DNA of 64,000 nucleotides from a virus (Duplodnaviria > Caudoviricetes), in the IMG/VR virus record IMGVR_UViG_2508501001_000004, positions 1-64,000 of that record. One strand, 5' to 3'. The notes below the pieces were generated by a model. The model was not told the DNA's origin. It searched no databases and saw nothing but the letters and a program-made list of their open reading frames with translations. The position numbers and the translations under genes were made by a program. Positions 55,516-64,000 of the stretch are shown in pieces. Each line of letters begins with the position of its first letter. Position 1 is the stretch's first letter.

Positions 55516-57312
55516 TCACCTCAGCGTTTCTATTCCATCCGGGACTTTAAGATTCTTGGATAGCTCATTCATCTGCCTTGAGAGCTTCACGGCTTCGGGA
55601 TCAGCCTTGTTCTTCATGAGCCTCCATTTTTCATACAGGCTGTGCATCTCTCCATTTTTGAGCTTAAAGCTTTCCGGTGTATGATACTGAACCTCAAACT
55701 TTTGCCCATTTGGAGATTGGTAAGTGCAGTTAATGCCCTTGTAGGGATTCGCCTTAACCGGCCAGGTGTTCTTGAGTTTTACGAGAGAATAACCTTTCTT
55801 AGCCAGCGCCTGATTCACCACGGCATATTGACCTACCAACTTACTATGGGGAGCCTGATAAGTATAGCGGATCACATCGTTAGTCCCTGAGATAGTATTG
55901 TCAATAACCTGAGGGCTCAAGCTCTCCTTACTATCCATGTTGACCTTGCGCAAGTAGGATTCTTTGCTTTTGATCCGATAATCAAGCCCAACCATTTCAG
56001 TTTTAGTAGCTTCAGAGACTTCTTTCAAGTCCTTGGTTATGCCCGGTTCCTTGGCAATAATCTTATCGTAAGCATTCAGCTTTCGGTAATCCGCCTTAAG
56101 GGTGCCCCACTTCTCAGCTTCAGTATACTTCAAATCCCTGAAGTCATCAAAGGTTTTCGGCGCATCTTTGCCGAGAATCTTTTTATAACGAGCGTACTGC
56201 TCTTGATCCGAGTAGACATTAGCAGCCTTTTTCTGCATAATCTCAGTTTGGCCTTGACCATACTTATCTACAACATGCTTCTTGTACCATTCAGGATAAG
56301 TCATATTTTCAGAAACGGTATAGGTTTCTCGTGTCTTCGGGTCCCGGGCTATTCTCTCGCCGATACCTTCATCATCGTCGAAATAGGGGACTGTTGTACA
56401 ACGACAATGGCAATGAATTGGCGGATTATTTATACCAATTTCCTGCTCAGATATCTTAAAGACTTTCCCGTCAAGTCCTTGACAGATTTCACATGTGCCT
56501 CCCTTTTTGGTTCCAAGTTCTAGCGTTGCTAGAAATTCATACCGATCAACAACACCGCTTTCACTATAGCTGTTCATTGTGGCCTGCTCAACAAAAAATG
56601 CTGTCTCTGTCTGCACCAGTCGGTAAGCCTTTGAGTAGGACACATTCATTCTCTTGGCCAGATCCTGAGTCGTTCGGTCAATGCTATCACCACGAATAAA
56701 TGATTGAGATAGCTTGGTGTACAACTCTTGCTTCAGCTTGTCTCGATCGTTCCATATCCGTTGTGACCAGTTCGCTCCATCAAGCTTGGCTTTAAGGACC
56801 GTTTCCAGACCTTTATGGTCTACACGAGCAAAAGAGACTCCTATGCCTGTGCCTGACTGAATCTCAAAAAGGGTTCGGTAATACGTGTCAGTATAGGCGC
56901 TACCCAAGAGATCCCCGGTACCCTGCTGCTTACTCCCGGCCAGCATCTCGACTTGTTGATTGATCTGCATTTGTAGGGCTTCAAAACGGCTGACCCGGGT
57001 ACGGTAGTATGCATTGTCTAGCTGTTGCGTCCAGCGACCGTCCGCATTATCTTTGGCCTTTTCCATGAATTCTTCAAGTGTCCATCGAAACTCCTTTAGC
57101 TCCTTAGCGTTGAGTTGCCGCTTTGCTTCGGCCAGATCGACAATGCCATTGTTATCGGCATAGCGCTGGTAGAAAACTTCTATGTCACGCTGGATAGATC
57201 GAATAGCCCGATCGTATTCTTTGCGAAGGGCTTTTGTATACTCATCCGCCTTGTCAAATTGACTTTGGGCCAGCTGCTCAAAACGCTTCTGCCAATACTC
57301 TGCCGGCTTCAT
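55516..57312 (-). CDS. MuF (gp7-like) minor head protein with C-terminal RelA/SpoT-like Apk2-type (p)ppApp synthetase toxin domain
   Basis: MuF C..C/PP.H..CRC; C-terminal RIKS..S..RK, NDVIRY, YKGIN, FEVQYHTPES. Confidence 0.85.
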   Translation of the reverse strand: MKPAEYWQKRFEQLAQSQFDKADEYTKALRKEYDRAIRSIQRDIEVFYQRYADNNGIVDLAEAKRQLNAKELKEFRWTLEEFMEKAKDNADGRWTQQLDNAYYRTRVSRFEALQMQINQQVEMLAGSKQQGTGDLLGSAYTDTYYRTLFEIQSGTGIGVSFARVDHKGLETVLKAKLDGANWSQRIWNDRDKLKQELYTKLSQSFIRGDSIDRTTQDLAKRMNVSYSKAYRLVQTETAFFVEQATMNSYSESGVVDRYEFLATLELGTKKGGTCEICQGLDGKVFKISEQEIGINNPPIHCHCRCTTVPYFDDDEGIGERIARDPKTRETYTVSENMTYPEWYKKHVVDKYGQGQTEIMQKKAANVYSDQEQYARYKKILGKDAPKTFDDFRDLKYTEAEKWGTLKADYRKLNAYDKIIAKEPGITKDLKEVSEATKTEMVGLDYRIKSKESYLRKVNMDSKESLSPQVIDNTISGTNDVIRYTYQAPHSKLVGQYAVVNQALAKKGYSLVKLKNTWPVKANPYKGINCTYQSPNGQKFEVQYHTPESFKLKNGEMHSLYEKWRLMKNKADPEAVKLSRQMNELSKNLKVPDGIETLR

Positions 57313-57530
57313 TCGGTCTCACTCGTTTCCGGACAAACACAGAAGCCCATTACATTGGTATCATTTTCAGGGCAGCTCCCATTATTAACGGCTTCGATCA
57401 AACCGGAAACTGCGTCAAATGATTCCTTGTCAATGAGCCCTTGTTCAACTTGGTTTATCAGGCCATCACAAGCCTTTTGGATCAGGCTATTAATCTTCGC
57501 TTCCGTCATCTTTTCCAACATTATTCTCAC
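57309..57530 (-). CDS. Small hypothetical between portal and MuF
   Basis: Overlaps both neighbours. Confidence 0.4.
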   Translation of the reverse strand: MRIMLEKMTEAKINSLIQKACDGLINQVEQGLIDKESFDAVSGLIEAVNNGSCPENDTNVMGFCVCPETSETE

Positions 57531-58974
57531 CCCCTAATCCCGGATAATCGCTAAGGCTTTCTTCTCTCTCTTCTTTAACCCGTTTTAATTCATCCTTGGC
57601 ATCCGTTACCCAGGGGTGATTTGATATGACCGTCTCATCGGAGATAATTCCCACGCTATTCTTAGCATTCGTGATTGTATCCGTTTCGTTCATCAAGATG
57701 TCGCGATTTAGGATAAAATCAACGGTTTCCTCCGAGAAATCCTGCCTTGCTGTATTAGCGATATGCTGATCAATAAACCATCTCAATTGCTCTAATCCGG
57801 CCTGGAATTCCGCCTCAAAATCGTTAGCATCCATGTCCAAGTCCGAATAAAGGAACTTTAAAGCAATGCCGGAAGGGCTATTCCCAAATTTGTCAGACTG
57901 GGTGTCCACACCGCGTCCGAATTCGTAAATATCCTTCCGGTCCATCTCCATGTGATTTTTGTAGGCTTCTGTATTGATTTCCAGGCTCTTGGTCTCTAAC
58001 CCGCCATCTTCCGTGACCTTAACAGCTCGATATACGGACAAGTTATGCCGGAATTCGCCCAGATCCGTGCCATCATAATCTTTGATCACATAAATACTAT
58101 TGGGTAAATCGTCAAGATCGTTGGAATTGCTTGATTTTCGCTTGTCATAATCATCAACGAGAGATTTAACATCTTTAATCAAAGGAACCTCATCATCGTT
58201 GTACTTAAAACAAATAAAGGGAATGCGCTCCCAGTTGTAAAGCTTTTCCCCGGGCTTCCCGCCCTCTGCCTTATTCACAAGGAGTCTAAAATGGCTATCC
58301 CATTCCCCCTGTTCAAAATCGGGTGTAAGCTGATCATCGGACAGAATATATCTCTTCACGCCACTGGTATCCCAAAACTCTACTTTAGTTACAATCGTTT
58401 TGGTAATCCCGAGGTACGTTTCTACTTCATAGATCCGTATCAGGGCATCAAGCATCGTATGTTCAGTATCACGCCAAAGGGGGATGATCTCCTCTGCAGG
58501 GATTCGCTTAAGCGAAAGAAGTCCCTGGTCATTGTAATAGATGTGGAGCCACGCTTTTCCCTTGATAATGGCCTCTTTACCCAAGTTCTTGAGTGCTTGT
58601 AGAAAGGCCTTGTTAAAATACTTCTGCAAAAGCTCTTGGTATGCCGTGTTATCTGTCTGAATAGATAGAGGCTTGGATAAAAGGTACCCGACTTTCTGCT
58701 TTACCAGCTTCTTTAGGAAGTTATGAACAAGCTTATTGTTTGCTAAATTCTTATCCTCAACCAATTGACCGCCTTCGCCGATCACCAAGCGCTTTCGTCG
58801 TAGGATATCCGGATTATTGGCATAATACCTCTGCCCGACGTACATCCAACCTAGTTCTTCTGATGCCTTCCATTCGCTGATCTCTAGTTTGATGATTTCC
58901 TCAAGGTTCATAGCCGTCCGGGATCCGGCTTTTATAATTGTGGCTATTCGCTCATTCTCTGTGATGATAGGCAA
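57490..58974 (-). CDS. Portal protein (SPP1 gp6-like)
   Basis: GN.PSGIALKF.Y..LD; IS.ET....HPWV.D. Confidence 0.92.
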   Translation of the reverse strand: MPIITENERIATIIKAGSRTAMNLEEIIKLEISEWKASEELGWMYVGQRYYANNPDILRRKRLVIGEGGQLVEDKNLANNKLVHNFLKKLVKQKVGYLLSKPLSIQTDNTAYQELLQKYFNKAFLQALKNLGKEAIIKGKAWLHIYYNDQGLLSLKRIPAEEIIPLWRDTEHTMLDALIRIYEVETYLGITKTIVTKVEFWDTSGVKRYILSDDQLTPDFEQGEWDSHFRLLVNKAEGGKPGEKLYNWERIPFICFKYNDDEVPLIKDVKSLVDDYDKRKSSNSNDLDDLPNSIYVIKDYDGTDLGEFRHNLSVYRAVKVTEDGGLETKSLEINTEAYKNHMEMDRKDIYEFGRGVDTQSDKFGNSPSGIALKFLYSDLDMDANDFEAEFQAGLEQLRWFIDQHIANTARQDFSEETVDFILNRDILMNETDTITNAKNSVGIISDETVISNHPWVTDAKDELKRVKEEREESLSDYPGLGGENNVGKDDGSED

Positions 58975-58993
58975 TTCTTTTCACCTCTTTTCC

Positions 58994-60286
58994 TCAATCG
59001 AAATAGACCCCGGGTTTATGGAACAATATGGTATTGACAAAATACCGATCTGCATCCATGCAGTGGTCATTCAGCTTAGCCGGCTTATCTTCTCCACGCT
59101 CTGCCGCCTTTTCGTCCCAGACGTAAGAGAAGAATTCCCGAAACGTATTAAGGCAGGAGTCATTATAAAGAATCAGCTCGTCGCTTAGCGCCGTAGCTAC
59201 ATTCCGGATACCCTCCAGTACATCGTTCTTGGCATTCTTGACCTTGAACTTACCGTGCTTCTTAATCGTGGCAATAAAAGAAGCAGCGCTCGGATCCACG
59301 ATCACTGCCTTAACCTTTATATCCCCTATGAATTTCTCAAGATCCTGATAGAACTCTTCATCTGTCTTCTGCTTTCCTTTGTCCCTTCCGGAATAATAGT
59401 ACTCTTTAACCTTATACCATTTCCCTGAGTATTTTCCCCAAAGGCTGAAGGTTGTCGGGTTCTGGGTACCATAGTCACCGCTAACATAGAACATCGTGTA
59501 CTTTCGATCAACTGCTGGGACCTTATGCCGCACCTCATCGAACATGTCATATATGACGCCTTCAGCCATAACCCAAAGGCCAAGAATGTAACGCTTGAAA
59601 AATACCCCAGAGAACATCCGGCGGAACCGATCTTTGACCTTCTGAGATAACGAATAGTTATCATCCATGGTGAAGTGCAGATAATAAATAAGTTTTTCAA
59701 AACGCTTATCAATAAATTCCGTCTTGATATAATGATACGGCCCTTTAGGGTTACAGTTAAGGAATATTTTTGCCCCATCCACAGAGCAGCGGCCAATCAT
59801 CTGGTCTACAAACGATTTCGGGAACAGGGCGACTTCATCAGCCAGCGCTCCCGCTGCGGTTAAGCCCTGAAGGACATCCTGAGACGCTTCATTATTGGCG
59901 CCAAAGCAGTAATAAGTGTTAGTGCCAATGACAATAAAGTGCTCTGATCGGTTGTACTCGTATTTGATTCCCCAAGCCTCAAGTATCTGAAACATGGGCT
60001 TGAGAACGTTCCGTTTAAGTGCCCCAATACTTTTCCCGGCAAGAACAAAGCCTTCTCCTTCAAAGGTCTTCATGGACCAGCGGAGGAAGCTGCAGATCAT
60101 GGCTATGGTTTTTCCAGAACGTATGGCACCATCAGCAATAACAATGTCTTTATCTTTGTGAGGGGATCCATCCTCCCACCAATAAAGCAACTTTTTCTGT
60201 TTGGGTGAGAAGGGTTTGAAGTCGAAAGCTTTAGTCTTCTTTTTGAATATCTTCCATGCCATCGCTATCGCCCTCTTCATTTTCAA
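58994..60286 (-). CDS. Terminase large subunit, PBSX family
   Basis: GAIRSGKT, DEVAL, DYGT.NPT, DPSAASF, DH.MDA.RY. Confidence 0.95.
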   Translation of the reverse strand: MKMKRAIAMAWKIFKKKTKAFDFKPFSPKQKKLLYWWEDGSPHKDKDIVIADGAIRSGKTIAMICSFLRWSMKTFEGEGFVLAGKSIGALKRNVLKPMFQILEAWGIKYEYNRSEHFIVIGTNTYYCFGANNEASQDVLQGLTAAGALADEVALFPKSFVDQMIGRCSVDGAKIFLNCNPKGPYHYIKTEFIDKRFEKLIYYLHFTMDDNYSLSQKVKDRFRRMFSGVFFKRYILGLWVMAEGVIYDMFDEVRHKVPAVDRKYTMFYVSGDYGTQNPTTFSLWGKYSGKWYKVKEYYYSGRDKGKQKTDEEFYQDLEKFIGDIKVKAVIVDPSAASFIATIKKHGKFKVKNAKNDVLEGIRNVATALSDELILYNDSCLNTFREFFSYVWDEKAAERGEDKPAKLNDHCMDADRYFVNTILFHKPGVYFD

Positions 60287-61067
60287 ACAATGCAGCTATC
60301 TCTGCTTCGCTCATCTTGGTTGCTTTAATAAAGCTATTGATTCCCTCCTGATCATTGCCCTGGCCGCCACCCTTCATGATGTCAATCTCGGTTTTAAGCT
60401 TCGAAATGCGTAGTTCCTGCTCTTCCGTCGCCAGGCCAGATTTAAGTAGCTCATCATATTGCTTGATCATGCTGCGAAGCTCTCCCATAGCCCGTGATTG
60501 AGCTTTAAGGAACGTGGCTTGACGATCCCAGGCAAACTGGAATTCATATTCGTACTCAGTTTCTTGGGAGGTGGAATTCGTCTTTGCAGTACTTCTGTCG
60601 GTTGTTTTTTCATAAGAACGCTTAAGCTCTTTAATCATTTCATCCTTGCCGGTTACATCCATGATCAACTGTGACCGGATAATGGCGGCATATTGAATCG
60701 TGATCTGATCCCATAGGATATCTAAAGAACTTCTGGATTTGAGGCTTTCCATCAGCTCCAACGTTTCCGCCGGCAGGTATTTAGTAAATAAGCCATGGGT
60801 CTCAGCGTTCTTGTTCCTCGCTGGAGCCCCATGGCCTTTGGCGTTTTTATTATTAGGCTGACCGCCTTGTTTGCGTTTGGAACGTTCCGTATTCTTTTGG
60901 AGCGTTCCGTTTAATTGCTCTTCCCATTTGTCTTTATTCTTCCAGCCCCGAATGGTTCCAGCAGGAAGATTTAATTGACCGGCGATATCGACCAGGTCTA
61001 TTTTCCCCTGGTGTTCTCGGTATAGTTCGAATGCCTTCGCCCGGTCTGGGCTGCGCTCCTTTGGCAC
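60231..61067 (-). CDS. Terminase small subunit
   Basis: HTH (IA.QL....GTIR.WK..D.W); GG.P.N.NA..HG. Confidence 0.9.
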   Translation of the reverse strand: MPKERSPDRAKAFELYREHQGKIDLVDIAGQLNLPAGTIRGWKNKDKWEEQLNGTLQKNTERSKRKQGGQPNNKNAKGHGAPARNKNAETHGLFTKYLPAETLELMESLKSRSSLDILWDQITIQYAAIIRSQLIMDVTGKDEMIKELKRSYEKTTDRSTAKTNSTSQETEYEYEFQFAWDRQATFLKAQSRAMGELRSMIKQYDELLKSGLATEEQELRISKLKTEIDIMKGGGQGNDQEGINSFIKATKMSEAEIAALFENEEGDSDGMEDIQKED

Positions 61068-61131
61068 ATCACCTCACCTGCCGTCTGTCTCTTTGTTTGT
61101 TTTGGGTATAAGAAAAAGAGCCCGAAGGCTC

Positions 61132-61563
61132 TTAGTTAAATAATTCTGGTTTCATCTTTTTAATTACATCCAGGGCCAAAGCACAGTACGCTATTTCCTT
61201 TGCTCTTTTGGTAGTTCTAAGATGACTTATAAACAAAAATATTGTGGCTGCTATTGCTAAATAGCTCAATAAAAAAATAGATTGAAGCGGCAAAACATCA
61301 AAAAATATTGTTGTAGCAGTAGCGAATACAGCCAAACAAGCAATACAGCTATTTGTAAAGTTTCCCGAATCGTCATTTTCCAATGCTTCTTTTCGTAAAG
61401 ATAAACGATCCTTTTCTTCTTGCAAACCCTCAGGTGACAGGTTTGTATAATTACGGTTAAGAATACTTCTAATATCCGAAAACTTTAATCCCTTTTCCTT
61501 CTTTAGCTGTTTGCACATGTAATTGATTAATGTTTTGTCATTAATCGGAAACAAATTAAACAA
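61132..61563 (-). CDS. Two-TM moron before terS
   Basis: GGGAGG RBS then TTG; own sigmaH-like promoter (61617-61590) and terminator (~61110). Confidence 0.6.
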   Translation of the reverse strand: MFNLFPINDKTLINYMCKQLKKEKGLKFSDIRSILNRNYTNLSPEGLQEEKDRLSLRKEALENDDSGNFTNSCIACLAVFATATTIFFDVLPLQSIFLLSYLAIAATIFLFISHLRTTKRAKEIAYCALALDVIKKMKPELFN

Positions 61564-61743
61564 GTAAACATCCTCCCTTTTAAGAAAACATTCGGCAAAA
61601 AGGAGAAATATTCCTGCTAATTTTAACGTTACCCCTTCATTCTCTCGCATCACCCAATCCCGAACATCTCATGGACATGCTGAATAGTATAAATCAAGAA
61701 ACCTCTCAATCTTATAGGAATCTAAGATAAAGAGGTGAAGTAT

Positions 61744-61857
61744 ATGATCTTAGCATTGTCTATAATTATTTTTTTACTGCTAGTAATTATTGGGGTACTA
61801 TTCTGGCTTTGGATACCGACCGCGCCTCCGCCATGTCGCAGAAGATTGTTATTTTAA
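61744..61857 (+). CDS. 37-aa single-TM peptide
   Basis: AAGAGGTG RBS; MILALSIIIFLLLVIIGVLFWLWIPTAPPPCRRRLLF. Confidence 0.5.
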   Translation: MILALSIIIFLLLVIIGVLFWLWIPTAPPPCRRRLLF

Positions 61858-61887
61858 CAAGTTTTAGCCTAGGTGTTATTGCCTAGG

Positions 61888-62094
61888 CTAAAACATTGTG
61901 CCCGATATACCCTTATTCGTCCGCATCAGCCGGTCAAGTGCTTTAAACCTCGGACTCTCCTCATACAGCTCATTAAGCTCATCCTTGACCCGGCAAGTCA
62001 CGCCATCGTAGTTGCCACAGGTGCCGCAATTGGCTGCGGACCGTTTATCTTTCGGAGTAAATCCAACACATTCAAATGCTGGCAATTGCATCAC
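61888..62094 (-). CDS. Small Cys-containing hypothetical protein
   Basis: CxxC...C; first gene after late promoter. Confidence 0.6.
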   Translation of the reverse strand: MMQLPAFECVGFTPKDKRSAANCGTCGNYDGVTCRVKDELNELYEESPRFKALDRLMRTNKGISGTMF

Positions 62095-62099
62095 CGCCT

Positions 62100-62225
62100 A
62101 ACACAAATAAATAAAGCGAGCCGGATGCGCTCTCATTGTCGAGAACGTCCTGCTCGCTTTTTTCACTGATACTATTTTATCACAGGTGAATCCAAAAAAG
62201 TGTGCAAAGTTTTTGCAAAGATTTA
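62100..62225 (-). promoter_or_regulatory. Putative late promoter and leader hairpin
   Basis: TTTGCA direct repeats, TG-ATAAAAT -10, AAAGCGAGC/GCTCGCTTT hairpin. Confidence 0.5.
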
Positions 62226-62558
62226 ATTCATATTGTTTCTGTCCTCCATAAACTTATCGAGTATCTTTCTGCTAAGCTTTCGAGAGCTTTGATAATCTTG
62301 GCTGTCTGGGTCATAGTTTGGGCCAAGCCATTCTTTTGGCGACTTGATAAGAGCATTCTTGAGCATATTAAAGGAATTATCAGCTCTCATCTTTTTGAGA
62401 AATTGAGGAGTTTCCTTTCCGCTAGTTAATTCTTGAAGTAAATTGTTGTGATCCATAATAAACATAGCCCGATAAGCAAGAAGGGCATATCTCAATTCCT
62501 CATAGTCCGGCCTGCCTCCATCTTCTACCTCTTCGATTATCTCAAGTAGAGTTCTCAT
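62223..62558 (-). CDS. Hypothetical phage protein
   Basis: Long clean ORF with RBS. Confidence 0.55.
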   Translation of the reverse strand: MRTLLEIIEEVEDGGRPDYEELRYALLAYRAMFIMDHNNLLQELTSGKETPQFLKKMRADNSFNMLKNALIKSPKEWLGPNYDPDSQDYQSSRKLSRKILDKFMEDRNNMN

Positions 62559-62573
62559 ATTACCTCTTCCTTT

Positions 62574-63032
62574 CTATATCGCCTTCACCGCATCCAACCC
62601 GAAATGTCTGACCGCGAACTTCTTGATTGCCTTGTCTTTGATGTAATACACATTCCGTCTTCCATAACCGATCTTAGGTCCAATCTCATCCTTGGGAGTA
62701 CGCTCGATATACCACTCTCTCAGAACTTCCCCATACAACTCGCACCCCGACTCCTGGCTAATATCCTCCAGTATCCGGTCCACCTTACTAAGCTCTGCCA
62801 TCGTAGCATTCAGATTATCTGTCAACGTCTTCAGCCGGAACATGAGATTATACGTATTATCGTCAGCATCCCCACTGCCACGAACCCCTGTAGGCTCCAG
62901 GCTGATAGCATTAAGCTCGCTCGGACTCTGCCGGCTGACAATCTTAGCGATCTCACGGTTCATATTCTCTACACTGCGGTAGAGGTCATTGTAGTACCAA
63001 AGGATGTTTTCGGCCTCCTTGATGTAGTTCAC
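62574..63032 (-). CDS. ArpU/RinA-family late transcription activator
   Basis: VL..WYIE....EI...IGY..R.VY.IK.KAI..FA. Confidence 0.8.
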   Translation of the reverse strand: MNYIKEAENILWYYNDLYRSVENMNREIAKIVSRQSPSELNAISLEPTGVRGSGDADDNTYNLMFRLKTLTDNLNATMAELSKVDRILEDISQESGCELYGEVLREWYIERTPKDEIGPKIGYGRRNVYYIKDKAIKKFAVRHFGLDAVKAI

Positions 63033-63034
63033 GA

Positions 63035-63208
63035 TTAAACAACTCCTTTCCTCCCTCGTATTAGCATCTCCCCCAGCGCACTCAAAACCCTGGAATCCTT
63101 AACCACCTTACCTGTCCTGCACTTCCAGGCATCACAGGTATATTTTCCGTTGACTCTCCTCGGTGCACAGGCGTTATAGAGTTCGCCGTTAAATTTTAGC
63201 TGTTTCAT
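63035..63208 (-). CDS. Small hypothetical protein
   Basis: ATGA overlap with upstream gene. Confidence 0.45.
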   Translation of the reverse strand: MKQLKFNGELYNACAPRRVNGKYTCDAWKCRTGKVVKDSRVLSALGEMLIRGRKGVV

Positions 63209-63309
63209 CCGCATTGACTCCGAACACAGGCCGGGTCCGGGCATTGTACGCATCCCCCGGTATGGATGACCGTTGCCCCGCACCAGGGGCAGGCGTTTGG
63301 ATCGATCAT
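63205..63309 (-). CDS. Small zinc-ribbon protein (34 aa)
   Basis: CPWCG..GGC.QC...C..SQCG. Confidence 0.6.
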   Translation of the reverse strand: MIDPNACPWCGATVIHTGGCVQCPDPACVRSQCG

Positions 63310-63725
63310 GATTGTATCGCCTCCCCGCCAGACATCTTCCTCCCACAGCTCGGACAATACGGGAATGCTGCTTGTCCAAAATAGCCGCACTCACAACTAA
63401 ACCCCTCTAACTCTTCCCAGGCGTTCTCCATGCGCTCCCACGTACCAGATTTTTCGTTGATCACCTCGTCATATTCCATTGCGTTTTTGAGGGCAAGTTT
63501 TTCGTATTTATGGTGCAGTGCCTTTTCGCTTTCAAGCTCGGCTTTGAGTTTCGCGAACTCTGCAGGTCCCCCGATATCCTCATACTGGGCAAGGCGATTG
63601 AGTGCATTCGTCACCTTGTTAAACTCGTCGTACTCAAGATTAAGCTGCAAATCTTCACTGTCCACGCCAATTATATCCGCATTGCCAAATTCATCACGAT
63701 CCGTTAACCGTTTGTACTCGCTCAT
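63306..63725 (-). CDS. Hypothetical phage protein with C-terminal zinc ribbon
   Basis: RLAQYED.G; CECG...YCPSCG.KM. Confidence 0.7.
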   Translation of the reverse strand: MSEYKRLTDRDEFGNADIIGVDSEDLQLNLEYDEFNKVTNALNRLAQYEDIGGPAEFAKLKAELESEKALHHKYEKLALKNAMEYDEVINEKSGTWERMENAWEELEGFSCECGYFGQAAFPYCPSCGRKMSGGEAIQS

Positions 63726-63934
63726 GACTCACTCTCCTGTGCCTTTAATATCTCAAGTCTTTGCAGGGCAATATCTCGATCCATAAACCACCTGAGGATA
63801 CTTTGGACGATAAACCTTAGTCTTCGCTCATCAACGACCACTGCCTCCGAGCGATTCGGCCTGAAAATGAGCTTGTTTTCCTGAGTATTCTCGCCCGCAT
63901 AATACAGTCCATTAAGTACCACTAGTGCTTTCAT
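63722..63934 (-). CDS. Small hypothetical phage protein
   Basis: AGGAGG RBS before MKALVV. Confidence 0.55.
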   Translation of the reverse strand: MKALVVLNGLYYAGENTQENKLIFRPNRSEAVVVDERRLRFIVQSILRWFMDRDIALQRLEILKAQESES

Positions 63935-64000
63935 CGGTTTTCCTCCTTGCCAGATACTTCTGGATAACCTCACTTGCCTCGATCCATCCAAAACAAACGG
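63912..64000 (-). CDS. C-terminal end of a probable VRR-NUC nuclease (partial)
   Basis: VCFGWIEASEVIQKYL resembles the VRR-NUC C-terminus. Confidence 0.5.
   Translation of the reverse strand, partial: VCFGWIEASEVIQKYLARRKTDESTSGT

Larger units (their letters stand above)
32900..64000 (-). mobile_element. PBSX-type myovirus prophage (late region and part of middle region; continues beyond window; accessory arm may extend left to ~21.7 kb)
   Basis: Terminase, portal, MuF, scaffold, capsid, connectors, tail, baseplate and lysis genes intact and colinear. Confidence 0.92.

Overview
Firmicutes (spore-forming Clostridia-like; host identity is inference) window dominated by two related, co-oriented PBSX/XkdK-type contractile-tail elements on the minus strand. 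Element 1 (1-~19.7 kb) has a complete tail, baseplate and lysis operon under a compact ImmA/CI/Cro/RinA-like switch. It lacks terminase, capsid and head-tail connector genes and keeps only decayed portal, MuF and scaffold remnants, so it looks like a tailocin (R-type, diffocin/PBSX-like) in the making. Element 2 (~33 kb to beyond the right edge) is an apparently intact myovirus prophage. It carries a MuF protein fused to an Apk2-type (p)ppApp-synthetase toxin plus a probable immunity gene, two free-standing endonucleases in the tail operon and several morons. The ~13 kb between them holds: a decayed early-region remnant homologous to element 2; small genes behind sigmaK/sigmaE/sigmaH-like promoters; an uncharacterised pilin-like/TM-M23/VirD4-HerA-ATPase module with a convergent putative sRNA; an RHH-controlled small-ORF cassette ending in a type I hammerhead ribozyme; P63C and LexA-box genes; and an AT-rich three-gene operon (DUF4747-like, 4-TM, YejK/NA37-like) that is a candidate anti-phage system. 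No CRISPR array, tRNA, rRNA, integrase or reverse transcriptase was seen. All family assignments come from motif recognition, not database searches.
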